From Candidatus Brocadiia bacterium (lineage in GTDB: Bacteria; Planctomycetota; Brocadiia; SM23-32), in contig JBKHIT010000012.1 of NCBI GenBank assembly GCA_046538485.1, positions 1 to 64,000 of the forward strand: a stretch of 64,000 bases of DNA. The letters are read 5' to 3'. How positions within the stretch are numbered: the first letter of the stretch is position 1; every line of letters starts with the position of its first letter. The notes beneath the pieces were generated by a model. It was not told where the DNA came from and searched no databases. It saw only the letters and a program-made list of their open reading frames with translations. The position numbers and the translations under genes are program-made. This document shows, piece after piece, positions 42,344-53,083 of this stretch.

Positions 42344-44674
42344 CTAATCGATCATCTCTTCCAGCAAGAAATGTGCGGCCGCTTTGTCCGGGATCCGCCC
42401 GCGCACTGCACTGTCGATATCAGTCATGGCAAAGGCCGGGACCGCCGCCCCAACGCACGATGGGCACCCGTCTTCGCAGCCACAATCTTCGATCACGCGG
42501 TGGACAGTCGTCATAATTTCCTCGGTTCGAGCCAGACACCGCCGCGCGTAGCCCATACCTCCCGGATATCGATCGTAAAGGAATAAGGCATCACGTCCCA
42601 GGCAACTGGAGTTGACGACGGTCCCGATATCCCGCGGGTCGCACATAACAAAAAGCGGAGCGACCTCTACCAGCGCGTTTGCTATACCCGTCAGCGCCTC
42701 CCCGACCACCATTTCCCGGTGCTTTATCTTCTCCACCAACTCCTCCGGCGGCGTGAACCACATGCCCACCGTTTCCAGATGTTGGGGAGGCAACTCGAGC
42801 TTCTCGAATCCAAGACTATCCCGCGAATTGAACCGGATTTTTTTGAACATCGGCACGGTCGTTGTGACGGTCACGTCTCCGTACCCCAGCTGAGATAGGC
42901 GCCACTCGCGTTCTTCCTCGGTCCCGTCGATACCAATTTCGGAACTGGTCACGGCCTGAGTGTAGTATTCGAGATCGCGCTGTTCCACCCGCGCGATTTT
43001 TTGCTCAAGGTCCAACTCATTCACAAAATACGTCTCCGCTCCATGCAGGTAAACGGCGTGATCGTGGAGCTGGGTAAAAACGCTCACCTCATCCATCGTC
43101 CCGATAACCCGTTTTGAGATCTCATCCTGAATGGTATAGACAGGGCCGGCGATATTCCGAAGATTGACTTCGGGCGCAGGCGCATTGGCTCGAGCCCAAT
43201 ACCAGATGCCTTCGATATTTCGGACGGCCTGTTCCTCCTCCAACAGCTCGAGAATTGTTCGGCCGCAGGGTCCAAAAATGTCCGCATCCTCTTCCGGAAG
43301 TGGCAGTTCATGGGTTGCGCAACGGATATGTCCTACGCTCACATGGGGGTTATCGGGATCGACCACAGCCTGTTCGGGGTTTTGAGCGAACAGATAATCG
43401 GAATGAATCATGAGGTATTGATCGATCGGCGAATTCTGGCCGACGAGAAAAACGACTGATTCTTCCGTTCCGCGTCCCGGCCTGCCGCCCTGTTGCCAGA
43501 GGCTGGCGATTGTGCCGGGATAACCGCAGATAATGCAGGCATCGAGAGTCCCAATATCGATCCCAAGTTCCAGAGCATTGGTACTGGCCACACCGAGGAG
43601 TTCTTTCTCTGCCAGCTTCCGCTCGATCTCGCGTCTCTCCTCAGGCAGATATCCGCCGCGGTAAGCATGAACCGAATCAGCAAGTTTCCGTGACTCCTGG
43701 CGAAGCAGATCTCGACAGCGTTTGAAGACCAGTTCGGCTGAGCGCCGGGTTCGCACAAATGCAATCGTCTGGATACCTTCTCGAACCAGGCCCGCCATCA
43801 GATGGACGGCCTCCCACAGGGGACTCTTCCGATCGCCTCCCACGCGCCACTCATCAGGCTTGCCACGAGCAGCGGTATTGAGAGGCGGCGGATTCCATAA
43901 GACGAATTTCTTGCTCCCCTGGGGGGACCCATCCTCGTCAACCAGCTCCATTTCGCACCCACAAATCGTCTCAGCATGTTCCCTGGGATTGCTGATTGTT
44001 GCCGAGCAACTGACGAACTGGGGATCAGAACCGTAGTGTTTGCACACCCTTCTGAGCCGGCGAATGACGTTAGCCAGATGCGAGCCGAAAACACCACGGT
44101 AAGCATGGATCTCGTCCACGACCACGTACTTCAAATGCGCAAAAAAACGATTCCAACGGCCGTGATGCGGCAGAATTCCCTGGTGAAGCATATCGGGATT
44201 TGTCAGTATCACACTGGCTCCATCGCGCAAACGGCGCCGTAGCTGACCCGGGGTATCTCCGTCGTAAGTTCCGGACAAAAACTCAATCCCTTCGCTTTCC
44301 GATTGAAACTCTCCAAGAGCCCGGAGCTGGTCCTGAGCCAGAGCTTTGGTAGGGTAGATAAACAGCATCGTGCTCAGGTTGTCTTCAAGTAACTCTTCCA
44401 CTACTGGTACCGTGTAGCAAACGGTCTTCCCACTGGCGGTTCCGGTCACCACAACGAGATTGTCATCTCCACGGAGAATTTCGATGGCTTCGGTCTGGTG
44501 TGTAAAGAGGCGATCGATTCCCTGTTTTTCGAGCGCGTTCCGGACCGGTTCGGCCAGACCACCCTCCACCTCGGCATAACGGGCCGGACGCGCGGCGATC
44601 TCTTCCACGTGAACCACCTGGGAAGAGTAGAAACTCTGCTTCGACAGCCTTTTGATTAAATTGTCGACATCCAT
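42344..44674 (-). CDS. DEAH-box helicase with C-terminal DUF1998 Zn domain (MrfA/YprA/Hrq1 family)
   Basis: TGTASGKT, YPTKALAQDQ, DEIHAYRGVFG, SATI, LELGIDIG, CGCEDGCPSC. Confidence 0.92.
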   Translation of the reverse strand: MDVDNLIKRLSKQSFYSSQVVHVEEIAARPARYAEVEGGLAEPVRNALEKQGIDRLFTHQTEAIEILRGDDNLVVVTGTASGKTVCYTVPVVEELLEDNLSTMLFIYPTKALAQDQLRALGEFQSESEGIEFLSGTYDGDTPGQLRRRLRDGASVILTNPDMLHQGILPHHGRWNRFFAHLKYVVVDEIHAYRGVFGSHLANVIRRLRRVCKHYGSDPQFVSCSATISNPREHAETICGCEMELVDEDGSPQGSKKFVLWNPPPLNTAARGKPDEWRVGGDRKSPLWEAVHLMAGLVREGIQTIAFVRTRRSAELVFKRCRDLLRQESRKLADSVHAYRGGYLPEERREIERKLAEKELLGVASTNALELGIDIGTLDACIICGYPGTIASLWQQGGRPGRGTEESVVFLVGQNSPIDQYLMIHSDYLFAQNPEQAVVDPDNPHVSVGHIRCATHELPLPEEDADIFGPCGRTILELLEEEQAVRNIEGIWYWARANAPAPEVNLRNIAGPVYTIQDEISKRVIGTMDEVSVFTQLHDHAVYLHGAETYFVNELDLEQKIARVEQRDLEYYTQAVTSSEIGIDGTEEEREWRLSQLGYGDVTVTTTVPMFKKIRFNSRDSLGFEKLELPPQHLETVGMWFTPPEELVEKIKHREMVVGEALTGIANALVEVAPLFVMCDPRDIGTVVNSSCLGRDALFLYDRYPGGMGYARRCLARTEEIMTTVHRVIEDCGCEDGCPSCVGAAVPAFAMTDIDSAVRGRIPDKAAAHFLLEEMID

Positions 44675-44984
44675 GTTAAATAACTGGTCGGAGAACTGGC
44701 ATGAAAATGCGGCTCAGATGAAGTTGAACAAATTACTACTACCAGCCTGACAAAAAACGGTCCCGATTGCAATGGCGTGCGTGCTGCGATCTGCTCACGC
44801 CACTCTTATTGCCCAAACGTAATGGATATACCGAGGGAATAATTCCGTAACCAGCCACCAGATAGCTGGCAAGAATGGCGCTCTTCTGCTATTGTATGCT
44901 CAAGTTAGGGAAAAATGGAGTACTGTCGTAAGATTCCAGACGGTTAAGCTGAGGATTCTGAAAAACGGGAAAGGGAAGAATCTC

Positions 44985-47051
44985 ATGCCGGATGAGGTTG
45001 ATGATATTGGCCCTGACTCTCTGGAAGGAGGCCATGAAACATCGGGGTCGGCGGAGGGTATGTTTACTCTGCGCAGTATTCTTTTCGGTGCTTTCATGTG
45101 CGTGATCGTTGGGCTGGCAGGTCCCTACTGGACTTTTTATCTCCACAGTTCGACATTATTCCTCGATTACAGCGTTGGAGGAGTAATGTTCATGCTCTTT
45201 GTTCTGGTGCTTTTGTGCAACGGCTTTATCGGCTTAATATGGCCGAAAATAGCGTTCAAGCCGGGCGAATTCGTCGTCATCACGGCTATGATGCTTGTGG
45301 CGGGCGCAATTACAACCATGGGGCTCGTGGGTTATCTGGTCCCCAATTTGACAGCTCCATATTATCTCGCAAATTCCTCCAACGAATGGGCCGATAAACT
45401 CTGGCCCCATTTCCCATCCTGGATGGTCCCGGTTGAAAAAGACGGCGGAATTGAATCAATAATGATGTTCTACGATGGACTGAGGGATCAGCCCGATATC
45501 TGGTCCGGATCATGGACACCGGCTGGTTTATGGGAAACGGGACAAAACTTTGTTCGAGCGACTCGTGCTATGCCCTGGAAAGTCTGGTTCCATCCGCTGC
45601 TTTTCTGGGGCATTTTCCTCATGGCACTTTATGCATGCATGATTTCTCTGATGGCCCTTATCCGGAAACAGTGGATCGAGAATGAACGTCTGACGTTCCC
45701 TATTGCCCAGGTCCCCCAGGAACTCTGTATATCCGCGGGAGATCCCTGGGCCAAAACTTCCCTGTTTCGTCAGAAAATCTTCTGGATGGGGCTGGCAATC
45801 CCGTTGATTATCTGTAGCATGACCGCTTTACACAAATTCTACGGCTTTGTGCCGAAAGTGCCCATATCGACAAAGATCCGTGATATTGGCCCGATAGACT
45901 TACAGATTCGACTCAGCTGGGCGGTGCTGGGATTCACTTTTCTGATTCCTAACCGCGTGGCGTTCAGCATCTGGGCTTTGAATCTTCTCTCTTTTGCCGC
46001 GCGTTCTTTCATTATCAGCCGCGGTCTCAGCATGAACGAAAATCTTGGCATTTACGGTGCATCACGGTATCCAATCATGGCACATATCGGTATGGGTGCT
46101 ATGCTTGTCTTTGTGGCGTCCAGTTTTTATTTCGCCAGACGCCACCTCTTCAAAGCTTTCAAAAATGCTTTTGGTAAGGGGGCAAAAGACTACGGTCGCG
46201 GAGAACCCTCTTCTTATCGTACCTCGTTCATCGTTCTGGCTGTGAGCCTAATCGTTATGACAATCTGGCTTGTGCAAGCAGGCTTGTCCTTTTTCTATGC
46301 CATCGTCTTTCTGCTCGCGGCAATTTTCATTTTCTATGGTCTGGCTCGAGTCGTCGCCCAATGCGGGGTGTCGGTCACTATTGCCCCTATGATCGCTCCA
46401 TCATTCATGACGAGTACGTTCGGCGGTGCCAATATATCCACCACCGGTGTCACAACGCTCACCCATTCCTGGTCGTGGTGTAGTGACATCCGCACATCGG
46501 TGATGAGTTCATCCGTTCACGGAATGTACCTCGCCCGTGATAAAGCGCGCGGGCTCCTGTGGTCGCTACTTGGTGCGGCATTAATCACATTTCTTGTGGC
46601 CACGCTCTTTACGATATGGTTGGGGTATCGGCATGGAGCCGCCAACCTTTATCCCTGGTTCTTCATCGGCGGTCCCAAAGCGACCTTTAACTGGGGCATT
46701 TCAAAAATGACCCAGGCAGAAGGTGCGAATATTGCGGGACATGTATGGACCGTCAGCGGTGGTATCATGATGATAGCACTCACCATTGCTCATCGGATGT
46801 TCTTCTGGTGGCCTCTCCATCCGGTTGGATTTATCATCTCCTCAGTAACCTGGACCGACCACCTCTGGTTCACAGTTTTTCTGGCCTGGATCATCAAAGC
46901 TCTTATAACGAAAATTGGCGGCAACCGCGTGCTGCGTATTGCCAGAAACTTTTTCCTGGGCATCATACTGGGACAGTTCTCTGCCGCCGGGATCTGGGCC
47001 GTCTTCGACATGTTCACCGGAACAGTCGGACACAGCGTCTTCTGGATCTAA
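44985..47051 (+). CDS. DUF6785/DUF6784-type polytopic membrane protein (putative transporter)
   Basis: Many TM segments; RKQWIENERLTFPIAQVP, WWPLHPVGF, FFLGIILG. Confidence 0.75.
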   Translation: MPDEVDDIGPDSLEGGHETSGSAEGMFTLRSILFGAFMCVIVGLAGPYWTFYLHSSTLFLDYSVGGVMFMLFVLVLLCNGFIGLIWPKIAFKPGEFVVITAMMLVAGAITTMGLVGYLVPNLTAPYYLANSSNEWADKLWPHFPSWMVPVEKDGGIESIMMFYDGLRDQPDIWSGSWTPAGLWETGQNFVRATRAMPWKVWFHPLLFWGIFLMALYACMISLMALIRKQWIENERLTFPIAQVPQELCISAGDPWAKTSLFRQKIFWMGLAIPLIICSMTALHKFYGFVPKVPISTKIRDIGPIDLQIRLSWAVLGFTFLIPNRVAFSIWALNLLSFAARSFIISRGLSMNENLGIYGASRYPIMAHIGMGAMLVFVASSFYFARRHLFKAFKNAFGKGAKDYGRGEPSSYRTSFIVLAVSLIVMTIWLVQAGLSFFYAIVFLLAAIFIFYGLARVVAQCGVSVTIAPMIAPSFMTSTFGGANISTTGVTTLTHSWSWCSDIRTSVMSSSVHGMYLARDKARGLLWSLLGAALITFLVATLFTIWLGYRHGAANLYPWFFIGGPKATFNWGISKMTQAEGANIAGHVWTVSGGIMMIALTIAHRMFFWWPLHPVGFIISSVTWTDHLWFTVFLAWIIKALITKIGGNRVLRIARNFFLGIILGQFSAAGIWAVFDMFTGTVGHSVFWI

Positions 47052-47197
47052 GTGGCGGAAGATGGCCAAAAAAGCGAAATAGCTTTTATTTTGCATTCTG
47101 AGGGCTTTTAACAACCGTCTCAAAACATCCCCGCTTTCAGTAAAACATTCAAACCGATATAGTAGGATGCTGTTTTCTGCCCTCACAGGAATATAAA

Positions 47198-48343
47198 ATG
47201 CCGCATGTAAAAAGAATCGGCATTATAGTCGACATGGCGCGTTCATACTCGCGCAAGATGTTTCAGGGAGCCCTCACTTACGCGCGGGAAGCCGGCGACG
47301 TGCGATTCGCTACTCATCCGGCCTACCCGGATTTTGACGAACTGGAAAAATGCGATGGGGCTATCGTGCAGGCGTTCAACCAGGGCCAGGCAAACGTGGT
47401 TTCCTCATACGATATGCCCCTGGTCTGGGTTCTATCCTGCCCGGAGTACACCCCCAACCCGGTGCTCAAACCAAATGATCGAGAAGTGGGCAAACTCGTT
47501 GCCAATTATTTGATAGAACGTGGATACCGCAATCTTGCATACGTAACATCCAACCCAAACGCTGAATTTTCACGCCTCAGATTCGAAGGCTTCGCTCAAG
47601 TAGTTCGCCAGCACGGATATTCGGAAAAAACCTACCCCGACCTCGAATCCGCCCGAGAAAAAGGCACTGTGGAAGCCGATCTCAGCGGTCTCGTCGAATG
47701 GCTCGAATCGCAACCCAGGCCACTGGGGATTATGGCATCGCACGATACGGCCGGACGTGAAATTATGGTACGGCTTGCTCGCACTGATCTGCACGTTCCC
47801 GAACACGTAGCGGTGGTCGGAGTTGACAATGACGAAGCGTACTGTGAAACCGTTTCGCCTCCGCTCTCAAGTGTTGCTCTCCCCTTCCAGAAAATCGGCT
47901 ATGAAGCCGCCTCACTCCTCGACAAACTTATGAAAGGACGTCCGCCCGGCACTCAAAATCAGCTCTTCTCACCTCTGGATGTGGTAACACGCGGGTCCTC
48001 CGACAGTCTGGCCGTGGATGACCCCCTTCTGGAACAGGCACTCAAGTTCATTCGTCAGCACGCCACCGACAAGCTGGATGTCAGCGAGTTGGCCGACCAA
48101 ATCCCTGTTTCGCGGCGAAGCCTGGAACGTCACTTCCAGGATACCTTCGGTCACTCACCGCATCAAATCATAACGCGGGTGCGAGTAGAAATCGCGAAAC
48201 GACATCTTGCCGACACCAACTGGCTGATGCGGGAAGTGGCCGCAAAATCCGGGTTCAGCGATGCCGCAAAGCTCAGCAGCTGGTTCAAAAAAATAACCGG
48301 CATGACACCCACAGAATATCGGAAAAAATTCCGAACACCGTAG
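47198..48343 (+). CDS. XylR-family regulator (LacI-type sensor plus C-terminal AraC HTH)
   Basis: VPEHVAVVGVDNDE, PPLSSV, SRRSLERHF, GMTPTEYRK. Confidence 0.92.
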   Translation: MPHVKRIGIIVDMARSYSRKMFQGALTYAREAGDVRFATHPAYPDFDELEKCDGAIVQAFNQGQANVVSSYDMPLVWVLSCPEYTPNPVLKPNDREVGKLVANYLIERGYRNLAYVTSNPNAEFSRLRFEGFAQVVRQHGYSEKTYPDLESAREKGTVEADLSGLVEWLESQPRPLGIMASHDTAGREIMVRLARTDLHVPEHVAVVGVDNDEAYCETVSPPLSSVALPFQKIGYEAASLLDKLMKGRPPGTQNQLFSPLDVVTRGSSDSLAVDDPLLEQALKFIRQHATDKLDVSELADQIPVSRRSLERHFQDTFGHSPHQIITRVRVEIAKRHLADTNWLMREVAAKSGFSDAAKLSSWFKKITGMTPTEYRKKFRTP

Positions 48344-48358
48344 CCCGGCAAACTCACC

Positions 48359-48584
48359 AAAACAGCAGAACGACCTACGGCAGCTCCGCCTCGGCGATCC
48401 GGACCTACAGCTACCTGGCATTTTCCGGCATTTGTCCGCCTCAAGTCCCCCTTCGTCCGCCTGAGCGGACTCAGCTGAACTCGAGTCTCGCAGTGCCACG
48501 AGCGGACTGGACTTCAGCCGGAGACTGGAGTTCAGAACGCGGTACATAAATCGACGGGTCTCGGCGCAAAACAGCAGAACGACC
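48359..48584 (+). repeat. Intergenic mosaic REP-like repeat, copy 2 (one full ~209-bp unit plus restart)
   Basis: aaaacagcagaacgacc at 48359 and 48568 flanks the block shared with 40159-40319. Confidence 0.85.
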
Positions 48585-48700
48585 GAGCCCCTGAAAGGGC
48601 GCACTGCGAATCTGACGACGGTTTCGCAGCTTGCAATGAGACGTAACGTTGAATGGCTGAGCACAACACACGCTAAACCGGTGCCGAGATCGCGGTAGTC

Positions 48701-49816
48701 TTACAACCGTACCGTTCCGCCGCTCACCACGGCCTCCCGCATCCTCATTGCAACGCGCGTCGAGAGCACTGCTTCCTCCACCGGACAGGGATTCTCACCT
48801 TTGCCTTCAATATGCTCCGCGAACCGGCACAAATGATTGAAGTGGCCCTTGTCCACGGTCGGTTTTGACAGATTCTCCTCCGACTGAGAGAATCTTTTAA
48901 GCGCCGCGTAATAGGCCTCGATTCCCTGCTTATTTTCCGCCGTTTGCCCTCCCTTTGCCGGGAAACACGTGCGGAACGGCTCGTCGGTCATGCCGCACTG
49001 ACGCACCTCCAGGTGATGGTCCATCACGACCGTCACGTTTCCGACAGTCCCCTCGTAGAGTTCCTTGGGATACTCAAAATTTCCCACCATAGTGTGGAAA
49101 AGAGTCGTCATAGAACCGTCCTGAAAGCGAATCACAGTCGTCGCGTTACCGATATGAGAACCCGAAACCGTAACCTCGACGGGCTCGCTTTGCATTAGCC
49201 ACAAAGCCAGGTCCGCAAAATGCACCATTTCCACGAAAATTATGCCCATCTCATCCTCGAAGACCCAATCTTTCCAGCTTCTCGAATCGTCGTTGACCCG
49301 CAGGAACAATTGGGCCTGCCGTTCCTCGTCCACGCGGGGATGTTTGCCACCGGTTCGATCCATACTCGCCGGTTGGCTCGCCCCCACCTCGCAGGCTTTA
49401 TCGAATAGACGTTTAAACTCAAGCACAGCCGGCCCGCTCCTCCGGTTATGTCCCACACAACACGGCACTTTCGTCGCACGAGCGCATTCGAGAATCCTGG
49501 CAAGCTCTTCCTCAGAACTGGCCATGGGTTTTTCCGTATAAACAGGGATACCGGCCTCCATTGCCGCCACGATCAACTCACAGCGCAGTTCCGTATGGGT
49601 GCACAAAACCACGAGTTCGATCTCCCCTGACCCGATCACCTCACGCCAGTCCGTGCACCACGTCTCAGCTTCGAAATCTTGCGCGGCTTTCTCGGCAGCC
49701 TCGGGTTTGATGTCACAAACCGTCTCCAGAACCAGTTGCTCGCACCGGACGATATTCGGCAGATGGGTGGCCCGTGCGATCTGCCCACAACCTACGACGG
49801 CCGTTTTCAATGTCAT
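48701..49816 (-). CDS. Gfo/Idh/MocA family oxidoreductase
   Basis: VVGCGQIA, YTEKPM, VGHNRR. Confidence 0.9.
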   Translation of the reverse strand: MTLKTAVVGCGQIARATHLPNIVRCEQLVLETVCDIKPEAAEKAAQDFEAETWCTDWREVIGSGEIELVVLCTHTELRCELIVAAMEAGIPVYTEKPMASSEEELARILECARATKVPCCVGHNRRSGPAVLEFKRLFDKACEVGASQPASMDRTGGKHPRVDEERQAQLFLRVNDDSRSWKDWVFEDEMGIIFVEMVHFADLALWLMQSEPVEVTVSGSHIGNATTVIRFQDGSMTTLFHTMVGNFEYPKELYEGTVGNVTVVMDHHLEVRQCGMTDEPFRTCFPAKGGQTAENKQGIEAYYAALKRFSQSEENLSKPTVDKGHFNHLCRFAEHIEGKGENPCPVEEAVLSTRVAMRMREAVVSGGTVRL

Positions 49817-50007
49817 CGTTTCTGTTCTTCCTTCTCTTCGACGGCTTCCGAACTACAGTTTTCGTAACAGACACCACATCCAATGCACTCGTCCTGATCG
49901 ATTTTGGCGCCCTCTTCCGTCATCTCGATGGCTTCAACAGGACACAACGGAATGCATGTGTAGCAAAAAGTACACCCTTTTGTCACAACGTATTTTTTGT
50001 CAGCCAT
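49813..50007 (-). CDS. 2[4Fe-4S] ferredoxin
   Basis: CTFCYTCIPLCP and CIGCGVCYENC. Confidence 0.9.
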   Translation of the reverse strand: MADKKYVVTKGCTFCYTCIPLCPVEAIEMTEEGAKIDQDECIGCGVCYENCSSEAVEEKEEQKR

Positions 50008-50023
50008 TGTTGCTTTTTTCACC

Positions 50024-51499
50024 TCACCGGTCAAGACCGGGTATCTCCCGAAAATCCTGCCCGATATTGCCTCCGTTCTCCACCAGAATTTTCTGCAGCT
50101 CGGTGACATCAACTTCACGCGGAGACACATTGTTTTTCAGGGACAATGCGCTCGCGGTCCCCGCGGCCTCCCCCATCGCCATACAGCACATGATCAGGCG
50201 CATGCACGATTGGGCTTCAAAATCGGCCGATAGACAACGTCCCGCCACGAGCATATTGTCCACATCACGGGGGACGAGCGAGCGATACGGAATTTCTTCG
50301 ACGATCGGTTTGGGGAATTCCATTTCCTTCCCCGTCTGGCCTTTCCAGTTGGAGAGGACATCCTTGCCGCCGGGCGGTTCCCAGGTCGTGCCGAATCCCG
50401 CACGGCTCCCGATTACATACCGTTTTTCTCCGTCAATCTCCGCCTCGATCCACTTTATGTTCCCCGGACCGTCCGGGTTATGTATATCGAACGCATGCTG
50501 GCTGACGGCAATCACATCGTCAAAGTGCTCGAAAGATGCCACATCCCATCCGGTCAATACATACTGCCCGACAACCCGCCGGCTATCCCGCACGCCGAGC
50601 AACATTGCGGTTTCGGTCAGGAAAGACTGCTCGAATCCCGGCACATTGTTGCGGAGGAATTTCAGCAGAATTTCACACTGTTGCCGTCCTTCCATGTACA
50701 TCCTCGTCAGGTCTTTGTTATTAAGAGGATGACAGTCGCGGGAATGCGCGAAACAGATGCAGACTTCGTCCTGACCGCACTTTTCGGGTCGATCCGGCAG
50801 ACGCGTCATCCAGTTCAAATGGTTGTCGATTTCGTAGGGAAGTCGGCCATCAGCGACGGCCTTTTTGATAAAATCGGTCCAGCGCGGGTCCTCGGCTTTG
50901 ACATCCCAATCGCTGTATTTTTCCCAGTTCACACCGCCGACCCGGAAATCCATCGAACACGCCTGGGTCAATCCGTCCGAAGACCGTCCGACCATACACT
51001 CACACCCTGCGCGGGCCGCCACATCGGCGTCCCCGGAGCAGTCAATGACGCGTTTCGCGAGAATCGCTTCCCGGCCGGATTTGCTTTCGACCACCACGCC
51101 GCGAATTTCCCCGTTTTCCACGATGGCCTCCACCACATAGGTCACCAGAAGCAGGTCGCAACCCGCGCCATCGACCATGCGGTCCAGGACCAGTTTTGCT
51201 CTCTGCGGGTCGGATGCACGGCGGAAAATGGCGTCGGCATCTTTCAGGTTTCGCATCAACTCCTGACCGATCCCCGACAGGTAATCGTGCAGTGGCGTCA
51301 CGAGTCCAACCGTTGCCAGTCCGCCCAGGGCGGACGTCTGCTCGATGATCAACGTCTCACATCCCTGCCGCGCGGCCGCAATACCGGCTCCCACACCCGC
51401 CATGCCCCCGCCCGCTACAATCACATCGTACCGGTCGGCGACCGAAAGTGTCCGCGCCGGTTCCTCCAGAGATTCATCGGTCCGATTGTACTCGATCAT
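50024..51499 (-). CDS. FAD-dependent oxidoreductase (FAD_oxidored family)
   Basis: DVIVAGGGMAG, IDCSGDAD, GVRDSRR, IPYRSLVP, VAGRCLS, MGEAAG. Confidence 0.9.
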   Translation of the reverse strand: MIEYNRTDESLEEPARTLSVADRYDVIVAGGGMAGVGAGIAAARQGCETLIIEQTSALGGLATVGLVTPLHDYLSGIGQELMRNLKDADAIFRRASDPQRAKLVLDRMVDGAGCDLLLVTYVVEAIVENGEIRGVVVESKSGREAILAKRVIDCSGDADVAARAGCECMVGRSSDGLTQACSMDFRVGGVNWEKYSDWDVKAEDPRWTDFIKKAVADGRLPYEIDNHLNWMTRLPDRPEKCGQDEVCICFAHSRDCHPLNNKDLTRMYMEGRQQCEILLKFLRNNVPGFEQSFLTETAMLLGVRDSRRVVGQYVLTGWDVASFEHFDDVIAVSQHAFDIHNPDGPGNIKWIEAEIDGEKRYVIGSRAGFGTTWEPPGGKDVLSNWKGQTGKEMEFPKPIVEEIPYRSLVPRDVDNMLVAGRCLSADFEAQSCMRLIMCCMAMGEAAGTASALSLKNNVSPREVDVTELQKILVENGGNIGQDFREIPGLDR

Positions 51500-51795
51500 G
51501 TTTTCTGAACTCCTCACAAAGACATCCAACCGGTTCTACATAGATTCTCGAAACAATTTGAAAACTGAACTCCGTGGTCCTGTGCCGGGGAAATAATCGG
51601 CTCTTAATCACATCTGCAGAAAAATCGCCGTTCGAGCACCCAAACAGACCGGGCGCCCTTCGCCGGAAAGAGCCCGCGAAGCGTGCTCTTGACCGCTTTT
51701 CACTCATTTCAGGTCTTCCGGTTGTCTGCAAACATGAATAGGAGCCAAATAATCAATTAGGCTCGACGTAAGGGAAACGCCAGAATAAGACCTGC

Positions 51796-51859
51796 ATCAT
51801 ACCGGAAGCAGCTTCAGGATCAATATCGTTTTGCGCAGAATCTTACCCGATTTGCGACA
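51796..51859 (-). promoter_or_regulatory. Putative AraC/XylR-activated promoter
   Basis: TGTCGCAAATCG...TGCGCAAAACGATA (CGCAAA, period 21 bp) abutting TTGATC-N16-TATGAT. Confidence 0.6.
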
Positions 51860-52499
51860 GCGTTCTCGACTACCAGCAGGCGGGATTTGTGGTCTCGAAA
51901 CCGGCCTCACGTTTGAAAGCCCCCCCGTTCAGAGCGTCCCAGAGCCACCATACCGCTGTCCCGTCCCCAGGTGACCGGTCTTATGGGCGCAATCTGCGCC
52001 TCCAGGTGCCACTGGGTTTCTTAACAAATCGAATGCGGTATTGAGCGGACGGGCTCCTTCTGAACGACACTCTGCGAGGGATCGGAGCCCGGGGGCTGAC
52101 CATAGTAGCCGTCTTAACCGCAGCAGAGTGCGGAGGCCCTACCGGCACTCCGAATCCCTCGCGCGCCGTTGCCGCGTGGGACGTCGCACGGTCCGGTGCC
52201 GTCAACATCCCGGGGTTGCGGGAAATGTCTCGTGCTGCAAGAGGCAGCAGTTTTGTGGTGGGCCTTCAGCCCACTTTTTTCTCAATGCACACCTGTACCC
52301 CAGGGCTCCGACGACTTTCAGCCGTCTGCACCCCGGGCTATTATATGCTGCCCTTTCAGGGCAATGAACGGCAGGGCGGGCTCGGCGATAACCCCTTGCA
52401 TCTGGATGGCATCCCGGATAGGTGGAGCCCCGGTGGGTTCGGGAGATCTGTCGACTGATAGTGCGCGTTCTGAACTCCCGCCTGCTTATGTGTCAAATC

Positions 52500-52760
52500 A
52501 CGGAACGCGACAGAAAACAACGAGTCCCTTTGGTCCCTTTGGTCTCTTCCGTCCCTTCTCTCCGCAACCCATCGCCGGGGGGAGCCGCCGTTGGTCGTTC
52601 TGGTGTTTTGCCGTGAGACCCCTCGGTTTATGAGCCGCGTTCTGAACTCCAGCCTCCGGCTGAAGTCCAGTCCGCTCGCAGGGATTGAGACTCGAGTTCA
52701 GCGGAGCGCGCCAGCGGCGGGCGAAACTGGACTTGAGGCGGGCAAATGCCGGCAAATGCA
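52500..52760 (-). repeat. Intergenic mosaic REP-like repeat, inverted and permuted copy 3
   Basis: Reverse complement matches modules of copies 1, 2 and 4. Confidence 0.8.
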
Positions 52761-53083
52761 AACACGTCTGGAAGTTCCAACAAACTCGACCGCCATGCGA
52801 GCGGCGACGCGATAGAAAAAGTTCTGGCCTCTGCCGGCCCCCTGCCAGCGGCGCGGCGATTAGCTCACTACGGGCGTTCAACTCACCAGGTGCTCTCCAT
52901 CGGCCCTGCGCCGATGGGGCCACGCAGTAACAGAGTTGTGCCGGTGATACATAACGGTGTTTCCAACTCCCCTTTTAGCACCGACGGGGCTTGCATGAAG
53001 CACCTTTCACGGCAGGAAACGGGAACCCGGAGTAGCGGGCGGCGGCCGCTTCCACAGGGTGGAGTCTCCTCCGCACGAGGCTC

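Noticed and set aside
42344..44674. DUF1998 helicase as a defence-system component (DISARM/Druantia-like)
   Set aside because: Size and motifs fit the housekeeping MrfA/Hrq1 repair helicase; no defence partners nearby.
49599..51508. Plus-strand ORFs of 377 and 342 aa
   Set aside because: Antisense to the oxidoreductase and ferredoxin genes; low-information sequence.
51860..53060. Short ORFs in the intergenic patch
   Set aside because: They translate repeat DNA and show no protein motifs.
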